Part shown: piece by piece, positions 37,301 through 49,645 of the stretch | Numbering within the stretch: the first letter of the stretch is position 1 | Layout of the letters: each line of letters opens with the position of its first letter | NCBI RefSeq assembly: GCF_963921235.1 | Contig: NC_086118.1 | Span: 22,322,001 to 22,386,000, forward strand | DNA length: 64,000 nt | Origin: Mobula hypostoma | Taxonomy: Eukaryota | Direction of reading: 5' to 3' | Translations under genes and position numbers: made by a program | The notes under the pieces: generated by a model | What the model saw: the letters and a program-made list of their open reading frames with translations, nothing else | What the model was told of the DNA's origin: nothing | Databases searched by the model: none

Positions 37301-39017
37301 GATAACAAAAGTACTTTGAACTCTGAGCAATGCAGTACATATAACTCACACACACCACATAATTTAATTTTGACACAAATACATTAACAAATAACGAAAT
37401 ACAGTATATGACAGAAGATTAATATTTAGCATGAGGTGCATTAATGATACAAGTTAAGAAGTAAATAGTGTAATGTTACTAGTCCTTCATTCTTGGTGAG
37501 AGCTGGGTGGTAATAGGTGTTGTAACTCTGATCAATCACCGGAGGGACACTGAAGCTAGTGATATGGAAGTCTTTATACAGCACAAAAAGCAGGCATCAT
37601 TGTGGAGACACGCTTGGATTAAAGATTATAGGGAAAAGTAGGTGAGTCAATGCAATTTCAGTAGTTACAAAGGCATTGTTTACTTCAATACCTTTGGTTG
37701 ATAAATGGTTCCATTGAGATACATAGTGGAAGTACTTTGTAATTGTTAAAACACCTCTGAAGGTCCAAACATCTTCAGGAGAAACAAATTCATACAAATA
37801 TTCCAAAAACTTTTGCTAACAGAGAGCCAGACACCCAAAATAAATGTTGTCAGGGCTGTCTTTGAGTACACAAATATCCTGATTACACAAAAACGATGCA
37901 TTGCCTATACCTGCAACCATGTTTGATCTGCTAAATGACCACATCAGTCTGGTCTACCAGTTTGAACTCAAGCCAATGGTGCAAATAACTTAGCCCTTGC
38001 TGCCTGGTTTGACGCAAGCCAATTAACACAATCCCATTGTCTTAACATTTGGCACTTACTATGCTTTTAACTTTAATTTACTACTTGCAGTTTACAACAA
38101 AACAAAATGAAAGTTAATTGCTTGATTCCTGAATTTACTTTCATTTATGATAAGAACTGAAGCCTGGTTCTTGTTTGAATTAGTATCTACTATATTCACA
38201 TAACCCCAGAATACTCCCTAGCATGCCATCCTCTTGGCCCTTGGACAGAAATCTGTTCCAGGAAGGGAAAACTTTATGGAGCATCTGAATAAGCAAGACA
38301 ACGAAAATGTCCTTCACTTTGGATCCCTTCCCCAATTATTAACCTATGTGTAGCTACATCTGTACTATCTAACATCCCTAAATGGCTCCTTATATGACTA
38401 CACAGAGATGGCAATATAACATTCCAGAAACTTGATCCCCTCCTCTTTGCCCCTTCAATTTCTGATAGTTAAAACTAGCAGTAGTAGCTGTCAGTAGTTA
38501 CTCTGTGGGTAGGGTCATGGCAAGCTAATTTTGTTTCATGTTCACATTCCATGCCATGACAGAAGATTATCAGAATAATCTTGACAACCAGTCTTTTTGA
38601 TCAACCTACAGGAGGGCTTGGAGAGGTCTCTATCAGAATAGCTGCAAGGACCTCACCCTTCTGCCACCCCCTCCTGGACTGTCCTTTCGATCACTGGTCC
38701 AACCACTGAAAGGGCCCTGCTTATTTGTGCTCACTCCCCATTCAGCAGGGGTGTCTGCCTTCCGACGTTGTGTACAATTTCTTCTCTCTTTATCGGTCTG
38801 CCTTGCCATTCAGGTTGTGAAGCTTGATGTCTTTCCCTTAACTTGCATCTATTACCATCTATTTTCCCCAATATATTTCTATTCTTATCTACACAAATAG
38901 TCATCCACCTCCAAGATCCACCCTTCATTAGAAAGAATAGTTAACATTATACTTTAAACTTCATTCACGATTCATTGACATACTCTCTCTGTGTCTTCTG
39001 CATTTGAGGTTCCATTC

Positions 39018-39473
39018 TAGAAACATAGAAACATAGAAAATCTACAACACAATACAGGCCCTTCGGCCCACAAAGCTGTGCCGAACATGTCCCTACTTTA
39101 GAACTACCTAGGCTTTACCCATAGTCCTCTATTTTTCTAAGCTCCATGTACCTTTCCAGGATTCCCTTAAAAGACCCTATCATTTCCGCCTCCACCACCG
39201 CCGCCGGCAGCCCGTTCCACGCACTCACCACTCTCTGCGTAAAAAACTTACCCCTGACATCTCCTCTGTACCTACTTCGAAGCACCTTAAAACTATGCCT
39301 TCTCATGCTAGCCAACTCAGCCCTGGGGAAAAGCCTCTGATTATCCACATGATCAATGCCTTTCATTATTTTGTACACCTCTATCAGGTCACCTCTCATC
39401 CACCATCACTCAAAGGAGAAAAGGCCGAGTTCACTCAACCTATTCTCATAAGGCATGCTCCCCAATCCAGGCA
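39018..39473 (-). mobile_element. Young CR1 3' fragment nested in the ERV
   Basis: RGDLIEVYKIMKG..FFTQRVVSAWNGLP; (agaaacat)n tail. Confidence 0.92.
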
Positions 39474-40133
39474 ACTCTCTTTCATTTGTGGGCCTACGTC
39501 CATTAGGTGCGTCAGATGTGACACAGGCTGGTGTTCATCACTTAGATTCTTTGTAATGACACTGTGAATGGGTGGTCTTGATCCCTCGTTTTGCCTATGA
39601 GGATGAAAAGAAGGTGAGTTATATGGTTTAACCTAAGTCCAGTGTTTCCACTGGTTGTCTCACCGGGTCTGTACACAAACACAAGTGTCTTTTGTCTGTA
39701 GCATCACCTGTGGTCCTATCCACCTGGGAGCGAACCCTGCCTTTTCAGGCAGCTCCCTTATCATGACGTGATCTCCTGGCTGTGGGAGGTTTATTTTCTC
39801 TCCCTCAGGCTCTCTCTGATTGGCAATAGTTGCTGTTGCTTTGCTCGGTCCCTCAACGTTATTACTGGTTATAGAGACCCTTTACACATTTAGTCATCTT
39901 ATCCCTGTAAGTTCCAGGTTCAATGCAACCCATAACTTACTCCATAAGGGAGTCACATTGCTTACCCCATCAGTAATTCGCAAGGGTTCTGGTGCAGCGT
40001 GTGGTTTGGGGTTGATCACAATCTCATCTTTCCCATCTCTGTTATAGCTTTAGCTAAGGCAGCTTTGATTTTTTTGATTCACTCTTCCTACCATTCCTGT
40101 GCTCTGAGGGTGGTAGGGTGCGTGGAACTGTTG

Positions 40134-40417
40134 AACGCAGCAGACCAGGCAGCATCTCTAGGAAGAGGTGCAGTCGACGTTTCAGGCCGAGACCCTTCGT
40201 CAGGACTAACTGAAGGAAGAGTGAGTAAGAGATTTGAAAGTCCTTCAACTTTCAAATCTCTTACTCACTCTTCCTTCAGTTAGTCCTGACGAAGGGTCTC
40301 GGCCTGAAACGTCGACTGCAGCTCTTCCTAGAGATGCTGCCTGGCCTGCTGCGTTCACCAGCAACTTTGATGTGTGTTGCTTAAATTTCTAGCATCTGCA
40401 GAATTCCTGTTGTTTGT
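40134..40417. mobile_element. Palindromic PLE insertion with two intact opposed hammerheads (40172-40207 minus; 40282-40317 plus), nested in the ERV integrase
   Basis: Arms of about 110 bp with 2 mismatches, 6-nt loop; TSD GTGGAACTGTTG (40122-40133, 40418-40429); removal restores QQQFHAPYHPQS. Confidence 0.92.
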
Positions 40418-40777
40418 GTGGAACTGTTGTTGAATCTCTAACAGCCAGCATCTTTCCTTCATCACTTTCCCTGTGAAATGTGCTCCCTGAACTGAGTCCA
40501 CCTGGGCTTCCCCACCTGGCGAGGATTTTCTGAGTTAAAATCCGTGCTGCTATGCTGGCCATACAGTCTCTCCCTGAGAAGGCCTTTACTCACTGGGAGA
40601 AGTGATCCATGATCATCAGACAGTAGATTTTCCCCCTGCTTATTGGCAGGGGCCCCATGAAGTGCATCTGAATGTTTTCCCACATCTCCTTGGCCATGGC
40701 TGGTTTGCCAGCTGCGTCTTTATGCCCTTCCTGGGGTTCTGCTGAGTAAAAATAATACATTTATAGTACAATATAAA

Positions 40778-41082
40778 TGTTGGCACGTGGCCAAGTGGTT
40801 AAGGCATTCGTCTACTGATCTGAAGGTTGCTAGTTTGAGCCTTGGCTGAGGCAGCGTGTTGTGTCCTTGAGCAAGGCACTTAACCACACATTGCTCTGCG
40901 ACGACACCGGTGCAAGCTGTACGGGTCCTAATGCCCTTCCCTTGGACAACATCGGTGTCATGGAGAGGGGAGACTAGCAGCATGGGCAACTGCTGGTCTT
41001 CCATACAACCTTGCCCAGGCCTGCGCCCTGGAAACCTTCCAAGGCGCAAATCCATGGTCTCATGAGACTAACGGATGCCTAT
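40778..41082 (+). mobile_element. tRNA-headed CORE-like SINE nested in the ERV
   Basis: A box TGGCCAAGTGG, B box GTTTGAGCC, core gtgtccttgagcaaggcacttaacc; flanking direct repeat TTATA(G/A)TACAATA. Confidence 0.85.
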
Positions 41083-43069
41083 TATTATAATACAATAACA
41101 GATCTCTGACAGAATTTCTCAATATCTTTGCCCATCCCTGGCCACCACCAGGCCAGAGGGTCATGGTGCCTTCCCTGGTGCGTGACCCCTTAATATAATG
41201 TCAGTAATATCTGCCTAATACATGGTGGAGCTACTGTGCTCCATGTGTCCAACTCCCATCTCGTCCCTCCTTTGCTTCCTGTCTCCTTCATTTCTCCTTC
41301 TCCTCTACCTCCACCTCTTCATATCATTTTACTAAACTGCACCGTGGCTGTTTCAGTCGCCTCTTGTTCTTCTGCTGCCCTTTTTGCCCTGATGTCTGCC
41401 CACTCATTCCCCTTTTGCTCCTTACCCTCCCCTCTCAGGTGAACCTGTACTTCAATCACTGCAGCCTGTGATGGCAGACCCACTGCTCCCACCAGTATTA
41501 GATGCCCGTGCTAAATGCCTAGTCCTGCTGAGGTTTTAAATCTTCGTCACGCCCACACCATCAGATAGTCATGCAACCACCCCAAAGGCATACCGGTTTT
41601 TTGTATACACATTCACTCATTTCCTTTACTGTAGCGCAGTGCTTCTATCAGGGCCACAGTTTTGCCACCTGAGCTGAGCAACCCCTAGCAGTGCTCCTGC
41701 AGCTAACTCCTCACCTGTTTCCTTCACCACAGCCCATCCAGCCCATAGCTTCCCGTCTATGTACCTCCAGCACCCATCTATTAAAATTCCCTCTGCTTCC
41801 TCTTCCAGAGATGTTTGCTTCACACCGATATCTTCCTCCTGGTCTATTTCCATTTGGCTTTCATGTGCTTCCCCCTCTGTTAGGATGGTGCGCACAGGAT
41901 TCATTCCAGTGTCCCCTGCTATTGTCACTGACTTGTCTTTGGGGATGAGAACCGCCTGCCAAGCTGCCTTTCTGCTCTCGGTGACTGCTCTCAGCCTCCC
42001 TGCGTTCAGCACCTCTACAAAGGTATGGAGAGAACGCAATATGAGTTGTCCCACCATCGAAACAGATTCGCTTACTCACACTGCCCGTGCTGCACAGCCT
42101 AATGCAGCCACAAAACAGATGCCTTCTTTGCTGAATAATACGCCTCTGGTCTTCTTATGTCGCCATGGGTCAGCGCATACACAGGGCCGTTAGCATTGGC
42201 ATCCCACTTTACTTATCTCTCAGACAGGTACTACCTGTCCCTGGCACCGTGCCATCCAAAGTCCCCAGCAATGCTCAAGAAAGACCGATGCACAGGGAAT
42301 AAGATTGCACTGTGTGCAGCCCTGATTTGATCTGCAATTGACCATAGCTTATTGGAGCTAGATTGATTATCAGTCTCAGACGAGGTAAAATCTAATGATA
42401 TGCAATCCAATATAGAGGTAAAATAAATAAGCATCTAACATAAAGTTTAAAAACAACATACTACAGGGACTCAAGATCTTAAAAAATAAACAGAAAATGT
42501 TGGAAATGCAGAAGAGGTTAAGCAACAAAGGCAGAGGGAGATCAAAGCCATTTCCTTCCGACATAAGATTCAGTTCTCATCAATGCATGAAGCATAACAC
42601 AGGAAGCCTCTTTAATTCTAGTTCTTTATCGACCCTTGAGAAAAACTGGGTAGCAAGGGTTTTTGTACTGTCTGCCACTTTCAGCCTGGGCTGTGGCTCA
42701 TCTTTGAGTGCCTGAAGTTTCAGTGTCATGTACTCAGTGAGAATAGCTGGCAACAGGTCAGATCACTGTTATACAAGCAGATGCAGTTCAGCGGGCAGCG
42801 AGCTGAGGTTCAGAACTTAAAATGTCCATGGCAAATTCACTTAACTGGAACCAAAGAACCAGACAGAAACATAATTAATCAATAGGAGGTGTTAGATGAA
42901 AGAATAAAAATAGAATAAAGGCCTCTTCTTCATTATTGTCCTGATGCTCTTTTAATGCCTTATAAAATTCAGTTGAAAATGTACTTAAAATTGCATTTTC
43001 CACGTTTAAAACTTTTTGTTCCAGGAATAGTATTATTACAAGAAAAAATAAATGATTGCATATGACTCA

Positions 43070-43228
43070 CAAACAAGAAAATATCTGCAGATTCTGGAAA
43101 TTCAAGCAACACACACAAAATGCTGGAGGAACTCAGCAGGCCAGGCAGCGTCTATGGAAAAGAGTACAGTTGATGTTTTGGGCTGAAACATCGACTGTAT
43201 GAAGGGTCTCAGCCCAAAACGTCAACAG
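43070..43228. mobile_element. PLE terminal fragment with doubly rearranged hammerhead region
   Basis: Minus-strand terminus followed by two short plus-strand pieces (ctgaaacatcgactgta; tgaagggtctcagcccaaaacgtc). Confidence 0.8.
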
Positions 43229-45579
43229 CTTAAAAACAAATTAACAGTGGACAACTTAAAAAAATTGGTTTACTCAGATCACCTTCCTTGAATATCTTGC
43301 TAAAAAGGCAGAATGTGAGGTTTGGAGGCAAGAGCTTGTGAGCAGTGTGGAGAGAGTAGAGAGAAGCTATTTAGAAAAGTGGAGTTATGATGAAGAAGTG
43401 ATGGGGAACTGCTTGACTGGGGAATTAATTAAGGGCTGAGTACAAGGAGTTGGAATCTTCAAACAGTAGCATAAACTTAGTCTAGAGGTTAAAGCGATTA
43501 TAAGTAGGGGAACAGAAATTTATAAATTAAAAGGTGATTAAAGCATGGGAAATGAAGAAATTTCAAAAATTAATACAGTAGTGTTTCCCAAAGAGAAAAT
43601 ACCAAAGTGTGAACTCTAGACCAAAACATCAGAATATGCTGATGGGTCTCCCTTCATGAAGGGGATGCTTTAATTGTGTTTGTTTATCAAGGCCTGCTCT
43701 GATGTATCTATTTACAGATTTTTAGTTGTTTTATTGCCTTCTGCTTCAACAACAATAATGTGCTGATTTTCAGCTGCCTTCTTACCTTTTTTCGCCCTAT
43801 GCTTGTTTTGCCTCTTGTGATTTTGTCTTTTGTCCTTCTCATGCTTTGTACTGTACTGTATAGGATTCACTATGCAGTACTTATGAAAATCCAATACCTG
43901 CAGGCTAAACTTGCATTTTTTTCTTTATTAATGATGAGCAAGCTACTCTATCTTATTACTCCACTTCATCATTGAGTAGGAAATCATTCTTTTTTAGGTC
44001 AGGTCTGTATGCTTTCCTCACTCTATCAATCCCTTTGGGTTCCCTTTATTTTTCTCACTTACATTTTCTCTCTTATTTTTATTCTTCACTGTTTCACAAA
44101 ATGGAGTATGTATTCAAATAACAATACCTGAATTATCATTACGTTCAGCTTATGACTTATTTACAGGATAGTTTGCAAAATTAAATGTCTGTATTATGAT
44201 CTCCTCTCAAATTTAACAATTTAGAATTCACAAATTATTTTAAATTTAGATGAAGATTATGTAAAGAATTTTTATATCCATTTCAAAGTGTCTCTTTATA
44301 GAAATCTATTTTGCCCAGGCAGTTAGACTCATGGAATTGCAATTTCAATGTGCAGACTTTAAAATATAAGCTTACGTGGCTGAATTTCTAGTGACAGGCT
44401 TCAGAGTTAGACATAAGTATTTAATTATATATGTTGGAAGCTTGTTTCTATTGAGCGTAAATAAGGAAACTATTCCTGACTGTTTGGGGTATTGAGGTTA
44501 ATATATATCTACAGGAGAGCCAGTCAAAATGAGTTCTGTTCTCTGTGGTAAAAATCGTGCCAGAGATTGGCATCAAATTTCATCCTTCTGTCTGACTTAA
44601 AATTGAAAAGATAGGAGTGTTAGTCAAAGGTTTGTAGTGAATAATTGAAAAGATCAGGTAGCGACAACCTCATTTGACGTTTGAACTTTGTTCCAGTCTT
44701 ATAAATTTCAGTTACAGAGATAAGATTAGGAAGTGGTTTGAGAATCAAATGTGCAGCACTATCTGGGAGATAATGTGATAAAACTAATGAAATTGATACA
44801 TTAATAAGCAATGTTTTTCCAACAAGAGATCTACATTTACTGTAAACACTATCAATGGAGAAGCAGAGCAAAGATAAGTCATTTTGTGTAATGACTGGAC
44901 TTCCACTTATGTTGAATGGACAAGTCCAAGACATTGAATTCCAGTAGGTGGATAAAAGATCATAATAATTTGGGGCAGCTAGTACATTTCCATGTTGGTG
45001 TGATGGACCTCCCAGAGTGTGCACTCAAGTTTCCCAATAATAATTTAGCCTTTCCCTTGACTGCAAGTTTATTTTGTGAAGGATCTGTGGAGATGTCTGT
45101 GGATTGTTTTATTCTGGAGTGTCTCTCCAATTATAGGTCACATTTATCAACTGAAGCAAAATGAAACAGTGGTGAAGCATGAATGTTTGAAGCAATTGTG
45201 ATGGATACTGGAAGCCCAGCCATGTTAGGAATTTCTGAGTGTGAAATTAGTTTTACAAAATAATCAACGACATTGTGAAGCTTTCTGAAGAGGAATATTT
45301 AAAATTGAAACTGCTACCCTAATGAAAACAAATATACATTTTAGCACAGGGTTTTTTATGAACTTACTTATTCATTTCAGTTGAAGAAAACATGATGATT
45401 ACTCATACTGAAAGGAGAGGTCAGTTGGCAGTTTAGCTTTTAGTGCATTAGCTCTGCAATCGAATATACACTGGCGGAAACTGATAATAATATCATCTGT
45501 TCCTCAGGCGTGAAGTGGAGCAATGTATATTCATGTAACATTGAAGCAGCCTGTTTCAAGTCTTGACAGGTGTCCATCA

Positions 45580-46200
45580 ACGCGCGCGGCCGTTCTGAAA
45601 GATGTCGATTATGTGTTAACTAGGGGGCCATGCACAATCCTGATTTGATGGAGGCAGCCGTAAGAAGCACGGAGGAACACCTGGAGAAACTTCTGAAATG
45701 CCCGCTTTGCTGCCGCTGCTACTGTGCAATCGAGAATCTCCAGAGGGGAAGGCCCCAAATCCTCAGCTTTGCCTATTGCCTGTTGCCGGGGCAGGGTCGA
45801 AGCGCTCGGCAGAGATGGTGCTCGGTGCTCGGTGTCGGAGGGTTGGTCGGAGGCTCAGAGTTTTCGGACGGACTCAGAGTTGGACTGTGGTCAGGTGCCT
45901 CCAGGATGCTGCATCAGCAAGTTTGCGGTGCTGGAGGTTCACCGCCTGCATGAGATGATGGGATTTTCGAGAGACTTTGAGACTTTTACCGTGCCCATGG
46001 TCTGTTCTTATCAAATTATGGTATTGCTTTGCACTGTTGTAACTATATGTTATAATTGTGTGGTTTTTGTCAGTTTTTAAGTCAGTTTGTCATGTGTATC
46101 TGTGATATCATTCTGGAAAAACATTGTATCATTTCTTAATGCATACATTACTAAATGACAATAAAAGAGGACTGCGTGTCCTCATAATGTAATCTAAATC
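45580..46200 (+). mobile_element. Non-autonomous retroelement of the same family as 8938-9620
   Basis: Shared tgcacaatcctgatttgatggag head, body and aatgacaataaa..ctcataat tail. Confidence 0.8.
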
Positions 46201-46297
46201 TAGATCCCATTGAAGTAGCTCAATCACCTACCTGAAACAAAGAGCATAAAATTAGCATCTTGTTGGATAACTGTTTTATAAAAGATAGCCAATCCAT

Positions 46298-46865
46298 AGT
46301 AACACACACAAAGTGCTTGAGCATCTCAGTAGGCCAGGCAACATCTATGGAAAAGAATGAAAAGTCACCATTTCAGTCCTGATGAAGGATCTCAGCCTGA
46401 AATGATGACTCTTTATTCTTTACTATAGATCTTACCTGACCTCAGGATCAGATTTATTATCACCGGCATGTGACATGAAATTTGTTAACTTAGCAGCAGC
46501 AATTCAATGCAATACATAATATAGAAGAGAAAAAAAAAACAAAATAAAATAATAATAATCATAAATAAATAAGCAAATCAATTACAGTATACGTACATTG
46601 AATAGATTAAAAATCGTGCAAGAAACAGAAATACTATATATTTTTAAAAGTGAGGTAGTGTCCAAGGGTTCAATGTTCATTTAGGAATGGGATGGCAGAG
46701 GGGAAGAAGCTGTTCCTGAATCGCTGAGTGTGTGCCTTCAGGCTTCTGTACCTCCTACCTGATGGTAACAGTGAGAAAAGGGCATGCCCTGGGACCTACT
46801 GAGTTCCTCCAGCATGTTGTATGTGTAACTCGGGATTCCCTGAATCTGTAGAATCGCTTGTGTTG
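46298..46865. mobile_element. Older palindromic PLE terminus interrupted by a Rex/L2 tail (46443-46792, minus)
   Basis: Inverted termini around cctgatgaaggatctcagcctgaaatg; sequence resumes at gacctactgagttcctccagca. Confidence 0.75.
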
Positions 46866-47299
46866 TTAATTAGTCAATGCGGTTACCAATAGAACATAAA
46901 ACTATTTTTAACATTGGAAACAAGTATTTCTATCATGAATATAACCCCCAACTCATATATCTTTCCTTTTCTGAATCCAAACCCCCTTCTTTAAAGCTTT
47001 AGAATCTAGCCAAAATGGTTGCCATGAGGGAACTGGGGCAGTGTGAGACTAGCAACATACCCAGGAAATTCAGTCGAAGTTAAAGGCTGAACCTGAGGGG
47101 GCCCTTGGGACTGGTTCAGAGTTTATTGCTTCTACATTCCTGGTTTTGGCAGGGTTCCATGCATTTCATATAAGTGGAATAGTGTTGGTATAAACTAACA
47201 CTAACTATATCTCCTCATTCCAGAGATGATATATACAATGACTAAAATCATATTGCTTTAAACAGTATGCTTAATTTTTAATGGCATGGTAAAGGGTAG

Positions 47300-48040
47300 C
47301 ACAGTAGCATTGTAGTTATCGCAACAGCACCCACAGTGCCAGCTGTAAGATTAGGGCTTGATTCCTGCCACTGGTCTGCAAGGAGATTGTATGCTCTCCC
47401 TATGATTGCTGTTGTTGCATGAATGAAGTCACTGAGGAAAGGTACTGGTAGATACGAAGCAGCTTCTTTATTCGACAAAACAAGATAAAACAGACATCAT
47501 ATGGAGACGCTTTTGGTTGAAAGGCCTGGCTGCCCCAACGTGGGGCTTGATATTTTATGTGCTAAATATGAAAGAACAATTCCATATTTACAATGTATCC
47601 ACAATGCTTTCTTTGAAACTACACACAAACTTCACAGCTCCAGATTCGCACTCACACCACAGACATCTAAATGAATTTTAAGCAGCATTGTCTGGTCTGG
47701 CATTCACAGCTTTTCAGAACCCATTGTTCAGAGCTGCACTCCAAATTAAATCCACAATCCATATTCAGATGTGAAGACTGGTAGCCAAAGTCATTTGCTG
47801 AATATAAATATGCTAAACCCAAAAATCGCTCCAATAGCTGCATTGGTTTCCTCCAGATGTGTGGTTTCTTCCCACATTCCAAATCCGTGCTATCAGAGTT
47901 AGTGAGTTGTGGGCATTTTATGTTGGCACTGGAGGTGTGTCAACACTTGGAGGACACTCAACACAACCGTCGCTGATTTGACACAAAGACTCATTTTGCG
48001 GTAAGTTTCGATGTACATGTGACAAATAACACTAATCTCA
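47300..48040 (+). mobile_element. SINE remnant split by a solo LTR
   Basis: aaggagattgtatgctctccc..|..ggtttcctccagatgtgtggtttcttcccacattccaaa. Confidence 0.65.
47413..47836 (-). mobile_element. Solo LTR resembling the ERV terminus at 37518
   Basis: TGTTG..CAATA ends, near-TSD GCTGT/GCTGC, AATAAA on minus strand, shared ctttat..catcat..ggagac block. Confidence 0.65.
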
Positions 48041-49374
48041 TCTTACTTTATAAAATTTAAACATATACACAGCACAGAACATGGCATAAGATTAGCTGTT
48101 TTAGAAAAAGCAAATGAAATTCCATTCATGTATTTTGATACAAGGTTCATCACTGCAAATAGCATTACTCAGTTTTTGACTGAAACTCCTGGTGGGGCAT
48201 CATACCATTGTAAAACCTACAGCCTGTGGCAAAGAAAATCTTGCAGTAGCTGTCTGTGTATGCCAAGCATGGTTCTGTGAGTAACAGTTTTTAACAGACT
48301 TGGTGAACATTCGTAGAAGCATATCAGAGTATGGCAGTGTGTTCAAGTTCTAGCTGAAGTTTTAAATGTTATGTGAATTACTGAAAGGAAATAAATAGCC
48401 TAAATCTTGAATCTGTCAAGTTGGAACTCCTGTAACAAATGTTAAAGAAAATCTGTAGTATTGTAGCTAGCTTTCTCCTCTGGCTATTGAAGAATTCAAG
48501 ACAAGATCTGTATTGTTCCAGCTAATTAAGGCTCAAAGATATTATATAAAACTTAAAAATAACTTCTGTGCTGCTTGCAGCATTTTTCTCTCCCACCACT
48601 CTCATACAATTTGTGATATGTTGCCTTTTTCCCTTTACTGCCTGAGCTATTCATTATTGGGGGATGCCACTAAAAAATTGCATTGTTAGGTAATGATTAA
48701 AGTTCACTTTGCATTGTCAAAGGAAAGAAACCCAGCATCAAACTTATGCATTGCAAATAAAATTAGGCTCAATTTTGGTTTAAATTCAATTATCATTTAG
48801 TCTAATGTTGTATTCTTTTGTTCCATCTGCTTAGAAAAATCAAGGAAGCTCTTTCTTTAGTATGTGCACGTAAATTCTTGCCAAAGGAGCAGGATGAAGC
48901 TCCATTAGGATCACCATTTCCAGTCATCTTGTTAGTACTTTGGCAGTACTTCAGGCCAATAGTGTGTGCAGATAACAGAGACCCTTTTTTGTACATTCTT
49001 ACAAAACAGAGAAAAGCAGAAGTCGTAAATGTGAACTAAAAGCAGAAAATGCTGGGGATGCTCACCAGTTCCTGCAGCCTCTTTGCAAGATGAAATGGAG
49101 TTAATATTTCAGGTAGGTAGGTGACCTTTAATCACAAGAAGCATTGATGTGCTAGCTTTTAAACTCTTAATTCCAGCCTTCTCCAAGCAAATTTCTTGCC
49201 TGTCCATGTTCCATAAGCTATCTTGCACACAGGGGAGTAAAGAATAACTTTACAGATCCATGAAGAAGATTCTGGAAATGCTCATCATTTACTAAGAGAA
49301 AAATAGTTGGCATCAAGCCATGAAGGTTTGATCAGAACTCAGAGGAAATATTGAATATCCAGGAGATACTTCTT

Positions 49375-49625
49375 GTTTATATTTAGAAATATATTACAGT
49401 TACAGGCTTTCCCAGGCCAACAAGCCTGCGCTGCCCAATTACACCCATGTTACCACTATCTCATACATCTTTGGAATGTGGGAGGAAACCGGAGTACCCA
49501 GAGGAAACTCAAGTGGTCACAGGGAGAACGTACAAACTTCTTAAAACAGTGGTGAAGTAGTTAGTAGTTAGCCCAGGTCACTGTCGCCGCAATTGCATTA
49601 TGCTAACTACTACCCTACCATGCCA
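49375..49625 (-). mobile_element. SINE remnant
   Basis: tttggaatgtgggaggaaaccggag..ggtcacagggagaacgtacaaact. Confidence 0.7.
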
Positions 49626-49645
49626 CCTGTACAGGCATTCTACAG

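Larger units (their letters stand above)
37518..42230 (-). mobile_element. Decayed endogenous retrovirus: RT tether, RNase H, integrase, probable env and 3' LTR
   Basis: RRPEAYYSAK; IDGCWRYIDGKLWAGWAVV; VNVYTKNRYAFGV; KGNEWADIRAK; WWPGMGKDIEKFC; IQMHFMGPLP..QGAHFTG..FHAPYHPQSTGMV; QPGDHVMI..PRWIGP; LTR-like end TGTTGTAAC at 37518 (pol well supported, env and LTR less so). Confidence 0.85.

Noticed and set aside
40778..40850. tRNA gene
   Set aside because: A and B boxes belong to a SINE head followed by core and tail; no clean cloverleaf
44620..45024. 134-aa minus-strand ORF
   Set aside because: No recognisable domain or splice signals; consistent with chance
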